From Bigelowiella natans CCMP2755 (lineage: Eukaryota; Protista; Cercozoa), in contig ADNK01002518.1 in NCBI GenBank assembly GCA_000320545.1, positions 1-64,000 on the forward strand: a stretch of 64,000 nt of DNA. The letters run 5' to 3'. The notes below the pieces were generated by a model, which did not search any database, had not been told where the DNA came from, and saw only the letters and a program-made list of their open reading frames with translations. Positions 41,814 to 54,298 of this stretch are shown in pieces; positions within the stretch are counted from its first letter, which is position 1, and the number at the start of each line of letters is the position of its first letter. The translations under genes were made by a program, and so were the position numbers.

Positions 41814-43634
41814 ACCTTCCACCACCACCACTCCACGGTTTCTCTCTCATACCTCTTGACTTTTGCATCGTTGATTGAGAAGTTGAGAGTAGGCTTGTTC
41901 TTGATATTACGTACTTGAGAAGCATATCGTAGCGTCTGTATGCTTTCGTCCTTTTCAAGGAAAGGAGGAGGACAGACAACAACCCATAACAATTAATGAC
42001 TTAACATCAGAAACATTGCTATAACCAGCCTGAAAAAATGGTAAACCCCCCCCCTTTACACAACACCTCTACATTAGAACAGCAGGTAGCATCATAAGTA
42101 GCATCATTAGCAAGTACCTTATTATCATCTGCAGGGCTTACACAAGCAATTAGAACTGTGCGAGCATTGCCCCCGAGAGAATCCTTGAGGTAACATACGG
42201 AACTATTCTTCTCAATGAGTACATATCTTAGCATTGATGGTATACCTGTAGCAGTCGGGTGATTATACTATCACGGAAAGGAACATGAGGCTTTTTCTGG
42301 GAAAGAGCAGTGATGACCTATCATGGAAACCAGCAGTAGTAGTTGTAGTAGTAGTATCTTTGTAAATGATAAACTTTCTTCGTATTGATGGTGCTGTCTA
42401 AAATGTTCTCTACTACTAGTGATACGGTGAAGGAATATCAGGATATAGTAGTTTTCTTCTTTGATCGATTCTTGACAATATCATAAAATTTGAGAAGATG
42501 AACCTGACTCAAAGCAAAAAGGCCTTTATTAATTTGGATTCCTTCCTTGACTTGCTGCCCTTCTGCACCAGTTTTCTTCAACCTAATCGGGGGAGGAGAG
42601 AAAGAGAGAGGTTAAATATTAGCGTGACAAGGACATTAATTATCTTTATATTCCCTCCTCCCTATCATTGACTGTTGTTGTTGTTCTTCTTCTTCTTCTT
42701 CTTCTATTATGATGTACATGTAGCCATGCTATCTACTACTACCGCTCACTTCCTGCTAGATCCACAAAGTGGAACTTTGAAGAGAGAATCTAACAAGGAG
42801 GATCAAAGAGGAGTAAGATAGTGATGCTAAATGATTCTACTAAAAATCTCTTAATAATCTGGATCTTTCTCATAAAATAATCATTAAATCAAATATCTTT
42901 TATCGATCATCAAAGCAGCAACCTCATCAGCTTCAAACTCATTATCCCCTTGTTCAGCATCATTTTCTTCTTGCTGTTTATTTAAAAGTTGTTGTTGTTG
43001 TTAAGAGTACCGTTATGGCAGTGAATGATAATATTAGTGTACTACTACTACTACTACTACTACTACTCTACTACTTCAAGAACAACGTTTGATGATGAAG
43101 CTTTGCTCTCATCGTGATAATAATCATCATTATGATGGTGATAATGATTATGATGTTGATCATACTTTTGGCTTTTGAGTCAGCCATAAGGTGAAGATTG
43201 CATGAGATCGAGAACTTTCCTTGTTCCTGCATAATAATGATAATGATGATGATGATGATAATAATTAAAAAGAAGAAGGAGGACAAGGAGATCAAGCACT
43301 CAAATAATCTCATATATATATGATTTATTTATTGTTACATTTTTGTAGATCCAGTCGCCCTCGAATGACTGCCTTCTTCCAGGCATTTCATCACCTGGTA
43401 GGTAGGATGATGATGATGAAGCCTTATCTTGAACATTTATTACTTTTCTCTATATGCAAAACTAGATATAATACATATAAACTATTTCTATGTACATATA
43501 TAACCTCCTCAGGAGACTTGACCGTCCTCTTGTGAGCACACCGTATGTGCTCAATTGCTTCGGATTTATGCAATAGGTCTTGTATTTGCTCGTTGTATAT
43601 TTCAACAAATGTAGCCTGGAGTTCGCATGTCCTG

Positions 43635-43672
<38 letters not shown>

Positions 43673-44157
43673 TTTGAGTACTATAGTCATCACCTCTCTA
43701 TTTCAACAATCGATATTTTAACTTGTAATTTTTATGGTTTTGATGATTTCATGCTTTAAATGGGTGTACGTGAGAAAATAATGTCAATAATTGTCCATCA
43801 TTTGGTTCTTCTTCTTCTTCTTGTTCTTGTTGTTCTTCTCCTACTATTACTTGTTGAGCTTGTTGGTCACAGTATCGAATACTTCTTGACAAGCTTTAGG
43901 AATCACGCCATTACTACTTGAGCTGGCTGATGTTCCTTAGAATTTCAACATATACGAATAAACTTAGATCATCACCAAATGCTTATGTAATAATAGCAAG
44001 CTCTTAAGCTACTACTACTACTACTACTACTACCCATCGTGTAAGTCTTTCCTGAGCCAGTCTGTCCATATGCAATGATTGTTCCGTTGTATCTGCGTTG
44101 TTATTAGATTTATGATGATACGATGAGGAGATGATGCAATCAGGTAGCTTGCTGTTG

Positions 44158-44203
<46 letters not shown>

Positions 44204-44808
44204 GGAACTAATATCTTAATAGCTAATCTTAATTAATATATGATACTCACCCCTCTAAAAAGCTTTTGACGACAGGAGATGCTTGGCGGTATACGTCTTC
44301 TTGACGTGCCTTCTCAGCGAAAACTCCGTCATATGTGAACGATTTGCTATCGATTGCAACCTTTTTTGGTTTTAACATCATGGGTGATATTCTTGCTCGA
44401 ACGTTATCCTTACAACACAATCTGCAGATTGTAACTGACAACCGCTAGTAGTGACAATAACAATAATAATACTAATAATTATATCAATACCGATTTATCA
44501 GAAGATTGCACCACACTCCTCGCTCCTCGGTCTACTTCAAACTATAACATAGAAACAACATACGAACACTCATCAGAAAATTAGTGCACTATTTTCCATA
44601 CTTCTCGGTCTATTTTAAACTAAATGATGATGATGATGATGATGATGGTCATTAACAATTAACAACAACATGAGTGTAAGCACCTCCTCCTCCTTGCTTC
44701 ATAAATAAGGACAAGATATAGCATAAGTAGTAGTACCTTGAGTAGCGGCCGGATTCGAATAACTGCCTGAATGCAAGTGTTGTCCTCCTTTTCGTTTTCT
44801 TCTACCAT
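39770..44808 (-). CDS. Kinesin, kinesin-4 (KIF4/KIF21/KIF27-like) family, with a long coiled coil; apparent 1-nt frameshift near the C-terminus
   Basis: AVIRIRPL, YNGTIIAYGQTGSGKTYTMG, FVEIYNEQIQDLL, SRSHAIFTL, KFHFVDLAGSER, INKGLFALSQVITAL, DSLGGNARTVLIACVSPAD, TLRYASQVRNIKNKP. Confidence 0.9.
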
Positions 44809-45379
44809 GGTTGTTATCGTCGTCCCGTTGTTCTGTTCTGAGATATGTACCGCAAACATATCAATGATGAGAAAAAGAAGAAGAAGAAGAAGAAGAAAAA
44901 GACCAAAACGACGAGGAGGAGGAAGAGGAGGAGGAAGCAGAAATTGAAGACCAACCTTCCAAATATATCTAATATTTACAAAATCTTTCAATGTTCGAGT
45001 GAAAATGCCATAAGGTGAAGAAGGGTACAGAGAAGAGGGGGGGGGTGGGACCCTGTTCAGAGGGAAAGCACGATGATGATTTTTTTGCTGCTGTATGCGA
45101 AAAATAAATCGGCAGCCTCATTGGCGCGCTTTTTACCTATATATGTCTTGTCGCAAGTATAGAATAACTTGGATTTCAATTTTCATTACGGTAGTACCAT
45201 CGTTGTACACGTTTTGAAAAAGGACTAGCCGTTGACAAACAGCACAAGTTATCCACAGCTTACGACATGGTCACTGGGTGGTCGCATGCTTAAAAACCCA
45301 ATATTTTACTAACGTGTTTTTATTGGGGAAGTATTTGCTTGTCGCAATGGATGAAATTCATGCAACAGCACATCAAAAT

Positions 45380-46330
45380 ACTGGTGCCTGTGAAAACACT
45401 TTCCCTTAGGGGACATGGAGGATGACGTGGTGGATGAGCAGCACGTCTGATGATCTGATGATCCTTTCGAATCAAGCATTGGAACTACTTCATTGATTCA
45501 TTCTTCGCATCTTCACCGTCAGCAGCGCAACGTGTTGTCTGTGCATGTGTTGAGTGGCAACAATGTTTCAGTGTTTCAATGCAAACCTCGGTTGAAACAC
45601 TTTTTCATCTTTTTCATCTTCTTCTTTCATCGACATCCTCATCATCTTCTTCTTCTGGCTTTTTTTTCTTTCCATCTTGAACTTCTGATGATCCTTTCAG
45701 CAGCAGCATCATCGGAATTGCTTCACTCATTTCCAGATTTGTCCATTCATTCAAGACACCAATCCTTCTCTTCCTTGGTGGTCTTGCTAGCTTGCTCTTT
45801 GGAAGGAAGTGGATGAGTCAGCACTCTGACACACGATCGATTTCCAGATCTACGCATCATTGAAGCAACGTCGTTCATTCATTCATCCATTCCCAGGTTC
45901 ATTCATCTAGTCATCTAGAGAGGGCGGGAGGGACATCACCGCTAGACTGGTCCACGTGCAACAAATTGAAGATGGGGCCCTGATTTGTGTGTGTGTACGC
46001 CGAACTCGAAGATTGCTAGATTGATCAATCGAAGGTTCAAAAGTGTTCTCTAGTTCTTGCAGTCATGGCGTGCGTGTGTGGACTGTGCAGCAGCTGCAAT
46101 GTTCGTTCACGTGCGCACGTTCGTTCGATTCGTGCGCGTGTGTGCGTTCATGAGCACGACTAGATGAGTGCAGTGTAAATGCAGCCACCCTGCCAGCCTG
46201 GAGGCGCGCGTTGCGCCATGCAAACTCGCTGTGTCTGCATCGTCTAGCATTGCTTGCTTTGATGCATTGATTGCATTGATGCGATGCTAGGATCGACTCT
46301 AGTGCGCGCTAGATTTACCATAGTTTAGCT
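45380..46330. repeat. TpA-depleted repeat island
   Basis: Essentially no non-CTAG TA from 45490 to 45850. Footprints at 45729 (CCAG), 45783, 45903, 46012, 46046 and 46189 (CCAG). Confidence 0.8.
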
Positions 46331-46468
46331 GCTGAAACACACACACATACACACACATTCACTGATCTAATGATGGTGGCATCGTGCGTGCTATCACATC
46401 TGCACTACTCGTCGAATTGATATAACAAAAGGACACATTGCATTCAAAATGTCGTTCTGCCCCATTTG

Positions 46469-48252
46469 TCATTTTCCCTTTGACATTTCTCGCAGAAGGG
46501 CAGCCTTTTCTATGTATCGACTTTTGTATTCGGTGCTCCGGTGAAAATCGTCCAACAGCATTGCCTGTGCATGAACAATGCTCAAAATGTACACAACAAC
46601 ATGGCATTACGATTTAACAAACCTGTAGCCAATCTGCCTTTCGTCGTTCCACCAGATTGCATCCTACATGATCAAATGTCCCGAGTAGGAGTTCCTCACC
46701 TTTTTTCATTCCAAACATGTCGCTCACACATTTAGTCGAATATTTACTCGCATCTGCCCATTCAGACTCGTTTTCAACAAGTCTCGCTGCTGATTTTGCA
46801 AAATCGATTAGATTATTGGCAACTATCCCTCCAAATTTGACTTTCTCTCCACGAGATGTGGTGGCTGTCGTCTCCCATTGTTCAGGAAGCATGCCTTCTG
46901 CGCCAATGGGCGTGGTAACGACAGGAGTTCCAACGCTCCAAGAGTCAGCAATTTTTCCTTTTATTCCCGCTCCGAACCTCAAAGGAGCCAGAAGGCAGCG
47001 ATGACTACCCAATGTCGAATATTGGCATTTCGCGGGGCCCTTATTATATAAAAATGGTTGTTGGTTTCCAAGTGAAAGGGCAAAGCAGGGTGAGTTGGAG
47101 CACCTCAACAAAGAAATTTTCTTTCGCGTTTGTAAGATTCATCATCGAAGCTGGGGGAAATGCACCATAAACTCGTAGACTATGTTTCTTGGGATTTTTC
47201 AGCTCCGATTGAATTGCAGGCCAAATTTCTTCCTTCAGCCAACGCACACTATCCGCATTTGGGGGATGTCGAAAATTTCCGATGCTAACAAAGTCAGAAC
47301 TGCGCATGCTCAAGTTACCATCATTCAGAATATTCTTATCTGAATAGAAAAAAGGTGCCAGTGCTAAGCGATCGAATGCAATACCGAACCTCTCCTTTAG
47401 CAACATTCTCTCGAAAGGGGACACAAGTAAGGTTAGATCGCTCCTAAGAATACTTGCTAATTCCCTTGTCAACCGTTCTTCTCTGATATCTAGCATTTTC
47501 GCTGTTTTCTTCACGGAGGTAGACTTCCAGAAGAAGTCAGATCTTCCCGTGGCGGTGGAAGATAGGAGTTTTTCAACGTGAGTTTGCCGCTGATTCCTCA
47601 GAAAGTGAAGATCCTGTGTATCGAGAACACGCATGCACGATGGAACTTCCTTTGCCACCCGCCAACCAAACATTTCCTCCTGATGCATAAGGAGGATTCT
47701 ATTTTAACATTAATCAAAAGCTTCATGGTTTTCTTGCGTCTAAATGATATTGTTATGAGAACCAACCATCGTGAATCGATCAAATATGGTCATGTCTGGC
47801 TGGAGATCTCGAACAAGGGAATCAAACTTTGGATCGTTAGGTTGTACAGCTTCAGTATTTACATTTGCAGCCCGCAATGCATCTACAGCCCCTCTTACGT
47901 CACGCGCTGGTGAGGCAAGAGTAACTGTTAGTTCTGGGACACGTGATAACATTTCAATGAGGCTCCAGGTCCGCAAGGCGGCTGCGGTTGTAGTTTTCTC
48001 TGGCCAAACTGCAAAATACAAAGTGCGAATGAAGTGGGGGATGCTGCCAATAGATACTAGTAAGATGTTTCTAAAATTATTCAGATAACCTGGAGTAATG
48101 ATGAGTATTCGACGACCTTTTAGCCATCGTTCCGACTGGCCTGCTGCTGGAGATTGCGCGGTTGACGTTCCGCTACATTGAACGAATAAACGCTTTTTGC
48201 TGCGAGCATCTCTTGCCAACTGTAAAAAAGGAGAACCAGCTAGTCTATTCAT
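46469..48252 (-). CDS. Glycosyltransferase, GT-B fold family 4 (bacterial-like), spliced
   Basis: VWPEKTTTAAALR, IFDRFTM-EEMFGWRV, RVLDTQDLHFLR, RELASILRSDLTLLVS, IGNFRHPPNADSV, LAPLRFGAGIKGKIADSWSVGTPVVTTPIGAEGM. About 4 short introns. Confidence 0.85.
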
Positions 48253-49404
48253 CGTGCGATATTGCCCGATCCGTTTAACATGATACGGTATCATAGTTCT
48301 CGTCGCAGTATTCTTGTCTGTAAGCCACTCCTTTTTGACTAAATTGCTACAATACTGCGTGTTACCTCGTTGGATCAAACCAATAAATAGCACGCAACTA
48401 ATAAAGCTGAATATGAGCAAAGATATCTGCTTTTTCAACTTGTGCTCTATCATAGACCATTCAAAGGGACCTAAATGATTCGGAATGGCGAGGCTACCCA
48501 GAGTGTTTGCGGTTTGTACGTGTGTGTTGAAAAAGCACAAGCCTGCAAACGTTGAACAAATATTGCAGGGTGAGCACGGTATCAGTTAAGTGGACTGTAG
48601 AGGTGATTATAACAGTAGATCGACCAATCGATTCACAACCGATGATTCGTATTTCGTTCTGTTTTATAATGTTGTTTACTGTTCTGCAACAGTGGGTGTT
48701 ACAAAGAGCCGTCACATCACCCATGATTTTTGTTCGCTAACTTTTGATATTACTATGTTAAAATTATCATCCCAAGGAGGATTTATTGAAATAAATGATG
48801 GTACGATACGCGTTCTCTGGAGTCGTTCGGCATACACAAGGACTCGCTCTCGAGAGTAGGGTAGGGTAGGGAGGGTGGAAATGGATCTACCGGTAATGCT
48901 GTGCTCGTTGGAGTCGCAGAGACAAAATACGACGAAGAAGTGATGTCGTAGAGGAAAAATACCAACCAACTATTCGCACACATTTCCACCAAGATCGATG
49001 TCGTAGAGGCGAAATAGCGAACAGCTTACTTGATTAAGGTAATCATCTATGTGGTAGTATATGTAGGCCAACTCGTGCAGCATGTGCTTCAAGCTGCACA
49101 CTTCCGACATTGCAACATTACTACTTTGCGACAAAGAAAATAGCGTTCTTAGAAAAGAAATGGAAGGTGATTTTGCGATCGTCGTGATCTTTTGTTGTTG
49201 TTGTTATTGCTGACCATGTTCTCGTTCTTCGTTAACAAGCTGCCTTCCTTTCTTCCTTCCTCCTCCTGCTAAGAAGGTGCAATACGATGAGAAGACGAAC
49301 ACCTACGAGGAGCAGTTCGTTCCTTGCTTGGTGATGACAGTGGTGGCTTGAGCAATCGATGATTCGAATAAGAACAAGGAAAGAAGGAAAAAAATAAGAA
49401 TAAC

Positions 49405-51015
49405 ATGGAAGATTTTCATTGTCCCATCACAAAGCATCTTATGATAGAGCCATCTGTTAACGAAGCTGGGGAAACATACGAATTGCAGGCCATCGAAATG
49501 TGGTATTTCAGATGTGCTTTACTTCAGAGAAATAATACGTGAAGATTACGTGTTGCGCGGTACATGAAGATCCCTCGTTCCTATTTGTAGGTACTCAAGA
49601 GGAAACTATGTAGATCCCAAGACTGGCATCAAGGTGAAGGACACTCGACTGTACCCGAACATACTGGTGAAACGTTTAATTCTCAAACAAATGAAAAATG
49701 ATATGGACAAGTCTATAAATAATCCAAGTATTCTCCTGGCACATCATTTGCTCCTAAAAGCAGTCAAACGGCGAGAAGTAGAACTTGACATTGAATCATT
49801 CGGAAACTTCTTGAGCCTGTCGGAAATTCTTGGGGATACCAAAGATGATGGCGAGGAAGTGAAAAATGAAGAAAGAAAAGCTAAGTTTACGAAAAAGGAT
49901 GAGTGGGAACAAATTGAAGAAGAAGCATTCGCAACATATTTTGGTGTAGACTTCCACATTATGGACCAAGTAAATGGTAAAGCTCTTATACAGAAAGCTG
50001 CTAAGGCGGGGAGTGACTGCGCTATGGGAAAGTGCTATCAAGAGGGTTGGGGCGTCAAACTGGACACTAAGCTTGCAATCGAATTCTACCATAAAAGTGC
50101 AGGTGCTGGCAGCTCTCATGGAATGTGTCGTCTCGGTAAATCTTTCCAGACAGGGTATGGGGTCACAAAGGATTACTCCACAGCGGTTGAGATTTTCCGG
50201 CGAGCAGCACGCAGGGGCAATAGCAATGCAATTTATAATCTCGGTATCTGCTACGACGAAGGCTATGGCGTGGAGAAAAGCACAAAGGTATTACAACAAA
50301 AGGTTGCGTAGTGAATTAAATGTCTGAAAAACATCTACACTTGGTGCCAGATCGCATTGAGTCTCTATCATGAAGCAGCGATAAGGGGCAATAGTCATGC
50401 TGAGACTAACTTAGGATTTGCTTACATGCATGGTAATAACCAGTTTTAAATCATATATATAAAGAACAATGATAGCGATTTCTGAGGAAAGCTATTTTTT
50501 CTACAATTCTCGAGGCAATGGTGTTCAGCTGAGTCAGGCAAAAGCAGCTCGTTGCTATTTTAGAGCATCACAGCAAGAAAATAGTGTAGCTTTAAGGTGA
50601 TCGATACTTCCAATACCAAGGTAGTCTCACCACACAAACGCATAAAAACTCAGCAACCTCGGATTATGCTACCAGCATGGGAAGGGAGTGGCGAAGAATA
50701 TAGCCAAGGCAATTGGATTATACAAACGAAGCGCAGAGCTGGGGCATAAGGGGGCAATGAACAATTTAGGTAGAAATACTCAACGGGGAAAGACTGCCGT
50801 TTCTAGAAATCAGATTTGGATATTGTGCTGCTCTAGGTTACTGTCATGAAAATGGAATCGGCGTTGCTCAGAACATGAATGAGGCACTGAAATGGTACAA
50901 GGAAGCTGCAAAGTTGCAGAGTGCTAAAGCACGTAAAAATATAGAAAATTTAATAAAGAAGTTTCCGGATCTTAAGAAAGTGGAGGTGAGGAAAAATAGT
51001 GGTGTGTTGGCATAG
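49405..51015 (+). CDS. U-box plus Sel1-like repeat protein (putative E3 ligase)
   Basis: MEDFHCPITKHLMIEP..GETYE..AIE-W..DPKTG..LYPNILVKRLI (U-box), followed by repeats such as NAIYNLGICYDEGYGVEK and AMNNLGYCHENGIGVAQN. Confidence 0.85.
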
Positions 51016-51269
51016 TTTTATTTTCACTTGTGTTTCCATCTATAATGATATTAAGAGTTGAAAACCAAGGAGATAAGTCAGCCATTACATCCGATTGATA
51101 CCAATGTATACACAATCTAGAATAATTCATTGAGACGTGCAACAATGATGCCATCTGTGAATCTAACCATGGGCCTTATTCGCCCAAAAATTAGCTATCA
51201 AGCTGATCGATGCTTGCTACTTAGTTCCACCAACATCATCGTTATCATCAACGTCGCAACGATACATCA

Positions 51270-52850
51270 CGAAACTCGTGCTTTGAACATCTCTAGATCT
51301 AGCTGCAACTTCTGTCCCTTCATGTTATCGTGCGCATTTTCTTCTCATTCGGTAGAACTAGAGCAGTGCGGTTGGTGCTGCTGCATTCATTGGAAATGTG
51401 GCCATGCACCGAGCTCATTCTGAATGATGTTGGCTAGTTGGCCTCTCTGGCTCTAATTGAGTTTTTTCATTCCATCTCACCACAGACCAGTCAATACGAC
51501 GTGACACGTGCATGCTTGTGTTCACATCCGCCCGCATGCCTCATAGCCTAGCTAGCTGGACAGCATGATGCAAGTACGTCTAGACGTGCGCGCGTGCACG
51601 CATGCGCTTGCAGCTTGCTAGCTTGTCCAAGTGTGTCAAACATGAAAAAAAATTGACTCATTGCGTGGTTTGCCATTCCAACATTGGACGAGTTGCCTGT
51701 CATTTGCTCGCGTTCCAGCGTTCCAGCCCAACAGCAGCGCAACATGGTCCGACGCGTTTGTCCGGTTTCAGAGTTGTCCAGTTGCATCGTTGTGTCCTTC
51801 AGTCCTGTCTAGCTGTGCATGTGCAGAGCTAGAGAGTGCAACAGTGAAGCTTGCCAATTGCATCTCAGTTCCAGTTGGTTGATGGGCTTTGCTAGCTTTG
51901 GCTGAACGCAGTTCCAAACAAGCGAAAGATGTCCACGTGCTGTTGCAGGGGACGACGAGCGAGTGAGTGAACGAACGAATGAAGTGATTCCAATGCTGGA
52001 ATGTGCAGCTGGAAGGATCGCATGAGTGCCACCCCACCCACTTCCTCTCCAAACATCAAGACCTTGGGAACGAATGAGCAATTGAACGAAGTGATTCCAA
52101 TGAACGAGTGAACGAGTGTGAGTGAACAAAGAGACTGGACCTGAAAGAACCATGCACTGGACGTGCCGCAACTCATCCACTCCCTCCTCAGTCAACTCAT
52201 CAATCATTGAAATTTGAGAGTTCGTTCCGCCGGCCACGAGCAGTCAGACAGATGACCTGCATGGACAGGGTTCACGCTGTCAACGCGAGGACAAACCCGA
52301 AGCCGACAAGCGTCGCACGTTCCGAAACAATGAAACAATGAAACAATGATGAAAAACCACATTTCCAAAGTGTTGCAAGACACTTGCAGTGTGCAAAATG
52401 CAGTGCCTCGAACTGGTTTCAGTGAGGACTGTGACTAGCAAATCAACTAGCTGGTTTGCCAAAATGGCATGACTTGGTCATTGAGAAGCAATGACACTAG
52501 CAGCAAAATTCTGACGGCGCAAGACCTCCACTCTGAGCAAAAACTTCCTGAAGGCCATGTCCACACGACGATCTACGATTGGATCATCTGAGGGGGGCCC
52601 CAGCAGAATTTTGGTTTTGGAGGAGTCTGGAGCGTCAAAGAATGAAGAGTGGAGGGAAGAAGCTGAACCCAGAGCTGATCTCATGTGCGAGAGAAGCTTG
52701 CATCTCTCTGCATTCAAGTGAGTGCAATGATGGATGAGGTGGTTGACACTTTGAACAACTTCAGCATTGCAAAGAGGACACACCGAGAAAGAGGGGGGCA
52801 AATCCGATGATGAATGGGGCGGTCATGAAGGGTCACGTGATCTTGCTTCT
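51270..52850. repeat. Strongly TpA-depleted repeat island
   Basis: About 1 kb (51580-52570) with TA only inside CTAG. Footprints at 51289, 51430, 51576, 51614, 51711, 51805, 51825, 51887 and 51992. Confidence 0.85.
52324..52810 (-). mobile_element. 5'-truncated non-LTR retrotransposon (LINE) 3' end, copy B
   Basis: The ORF has a CCHC zinc knuckle (CPLCNAEVVQSVNHLIHHC) typical of LINE ORF2 C-termini. It shares the C-terminus and 3' UTR with 30315-30577 and ends in a tandem (CATTGTTT)x3 tail. Confidence 0.8.
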
Positions 52851-52974
52851 GAATTTACGAGTACGTAGCATCGATGATTAGAAGTCATTGGTTTAAAAAT
52901 TGTACATCTTCACAACCAATCAAACTAGACACTTTTTACAAGATGTTTTGACAATTTGGATTGACATATGCAGT

Positions 52975-53009
<35 letters not shown>

Positions 53010-53086
53010 AAAGAAGAAGTACGAGGAGAGAGAAGTATCCCCCCCGTCTGATTCACCGCCTAACGTGCTCACAAAAAGAAGCTTTC

Positions 53087-54244
53087 ATGGCTCATCCCAG
53101 CACACGGCTTTGGTCTCGGGATCCAATAATTGAGGTTGGTGCCCTGCATGCATAATTTCCATGGTATTTCGTGTTGGGCTTTTTTGAATAAACATCATTA
53201 TCATTATCATCATCAAGGACATTGTTCGATGAGGACTGAGAATGGGCGAATTTTTTTCCATAATGATGGTGATGTTAGGAACTAAAGAGAAGAGTGTCGT
53301 TCTCTCTGGCAGAAGTCGTAGTTTCATACTTGCGCGAGAAGCCGCCTTCATCTTCAGGCGGCTGCTTTACCGGTCGGTATGATGTCGTCATTGTCGGAGC
53401 TGGTGTAGCAGGTAGTGAGTAACTTGCAGTAGCAGCAACATGTTCCGAATTCAAACAATACGCTTGATATTATTTATATGTAAGGCCTGTCTGCGGCTCG
53501 TCAATTGTGTGCGGAGGGAGAGGGAGAGGGGAGCAATAACAACAAGAATAGCATTGTTATACTCGAAGCTCGATCACGGATAGGAGGACGGGTACATACA
53601 GAGACGTTTCCGAGTCGGTAATACGTGCTTTCCCTGCAGCTACGTACATGTTGTGGTGTAGGGGTAGAAGTAGGAGTGTACAAATGCTAATATCAGTCAT
53701 AGTGATGGAAATTGTTAGTAGTTTGTAGTATATTGTTATCGTTACTGTTATCCCTCCGAGGGTGTAGCTAATTTAAACAACGAACCACCAACTGCCGTTA
53801 TTTTATACTTAATGCTGCACAGAGGTGAGGGAATTGGGAGCGTCGATGTGGATCTCGGGGCAAATTATATCCATGCATGTACTAAGGTCATTTCTGCTCT
53901 TGTTCCAAAGATTTGTACTAGACCGTTAGTTGTTGTGAAGGCTGCTTTTTCCCTAAGTCATTTTTCCTCACCAATATTGCCACTACTTTCATCTATGAAG
54001 AATATAAATAATAACCACAGGATCAGCCTGTCTTCCAATTGGCAGTAAAACATAAAATTCAGACTGCAGTGGTAGCTGGTGGCCGGGTAGTAGTAGTAGT
54101 AGTAGTAATCATATTTGTTCATAATAACCCTATGATGATGATGGTGATGATTCTCCTTCTTTTTTTGGCGGCTAAGTCGTTCGTTATGACAAAAAATGTT
54201 TCTTCCTTGCAACCATCATCTACTTGTATTATTGTCGTTGTGGG

Positions 54245-54298
<54 letters not shown>

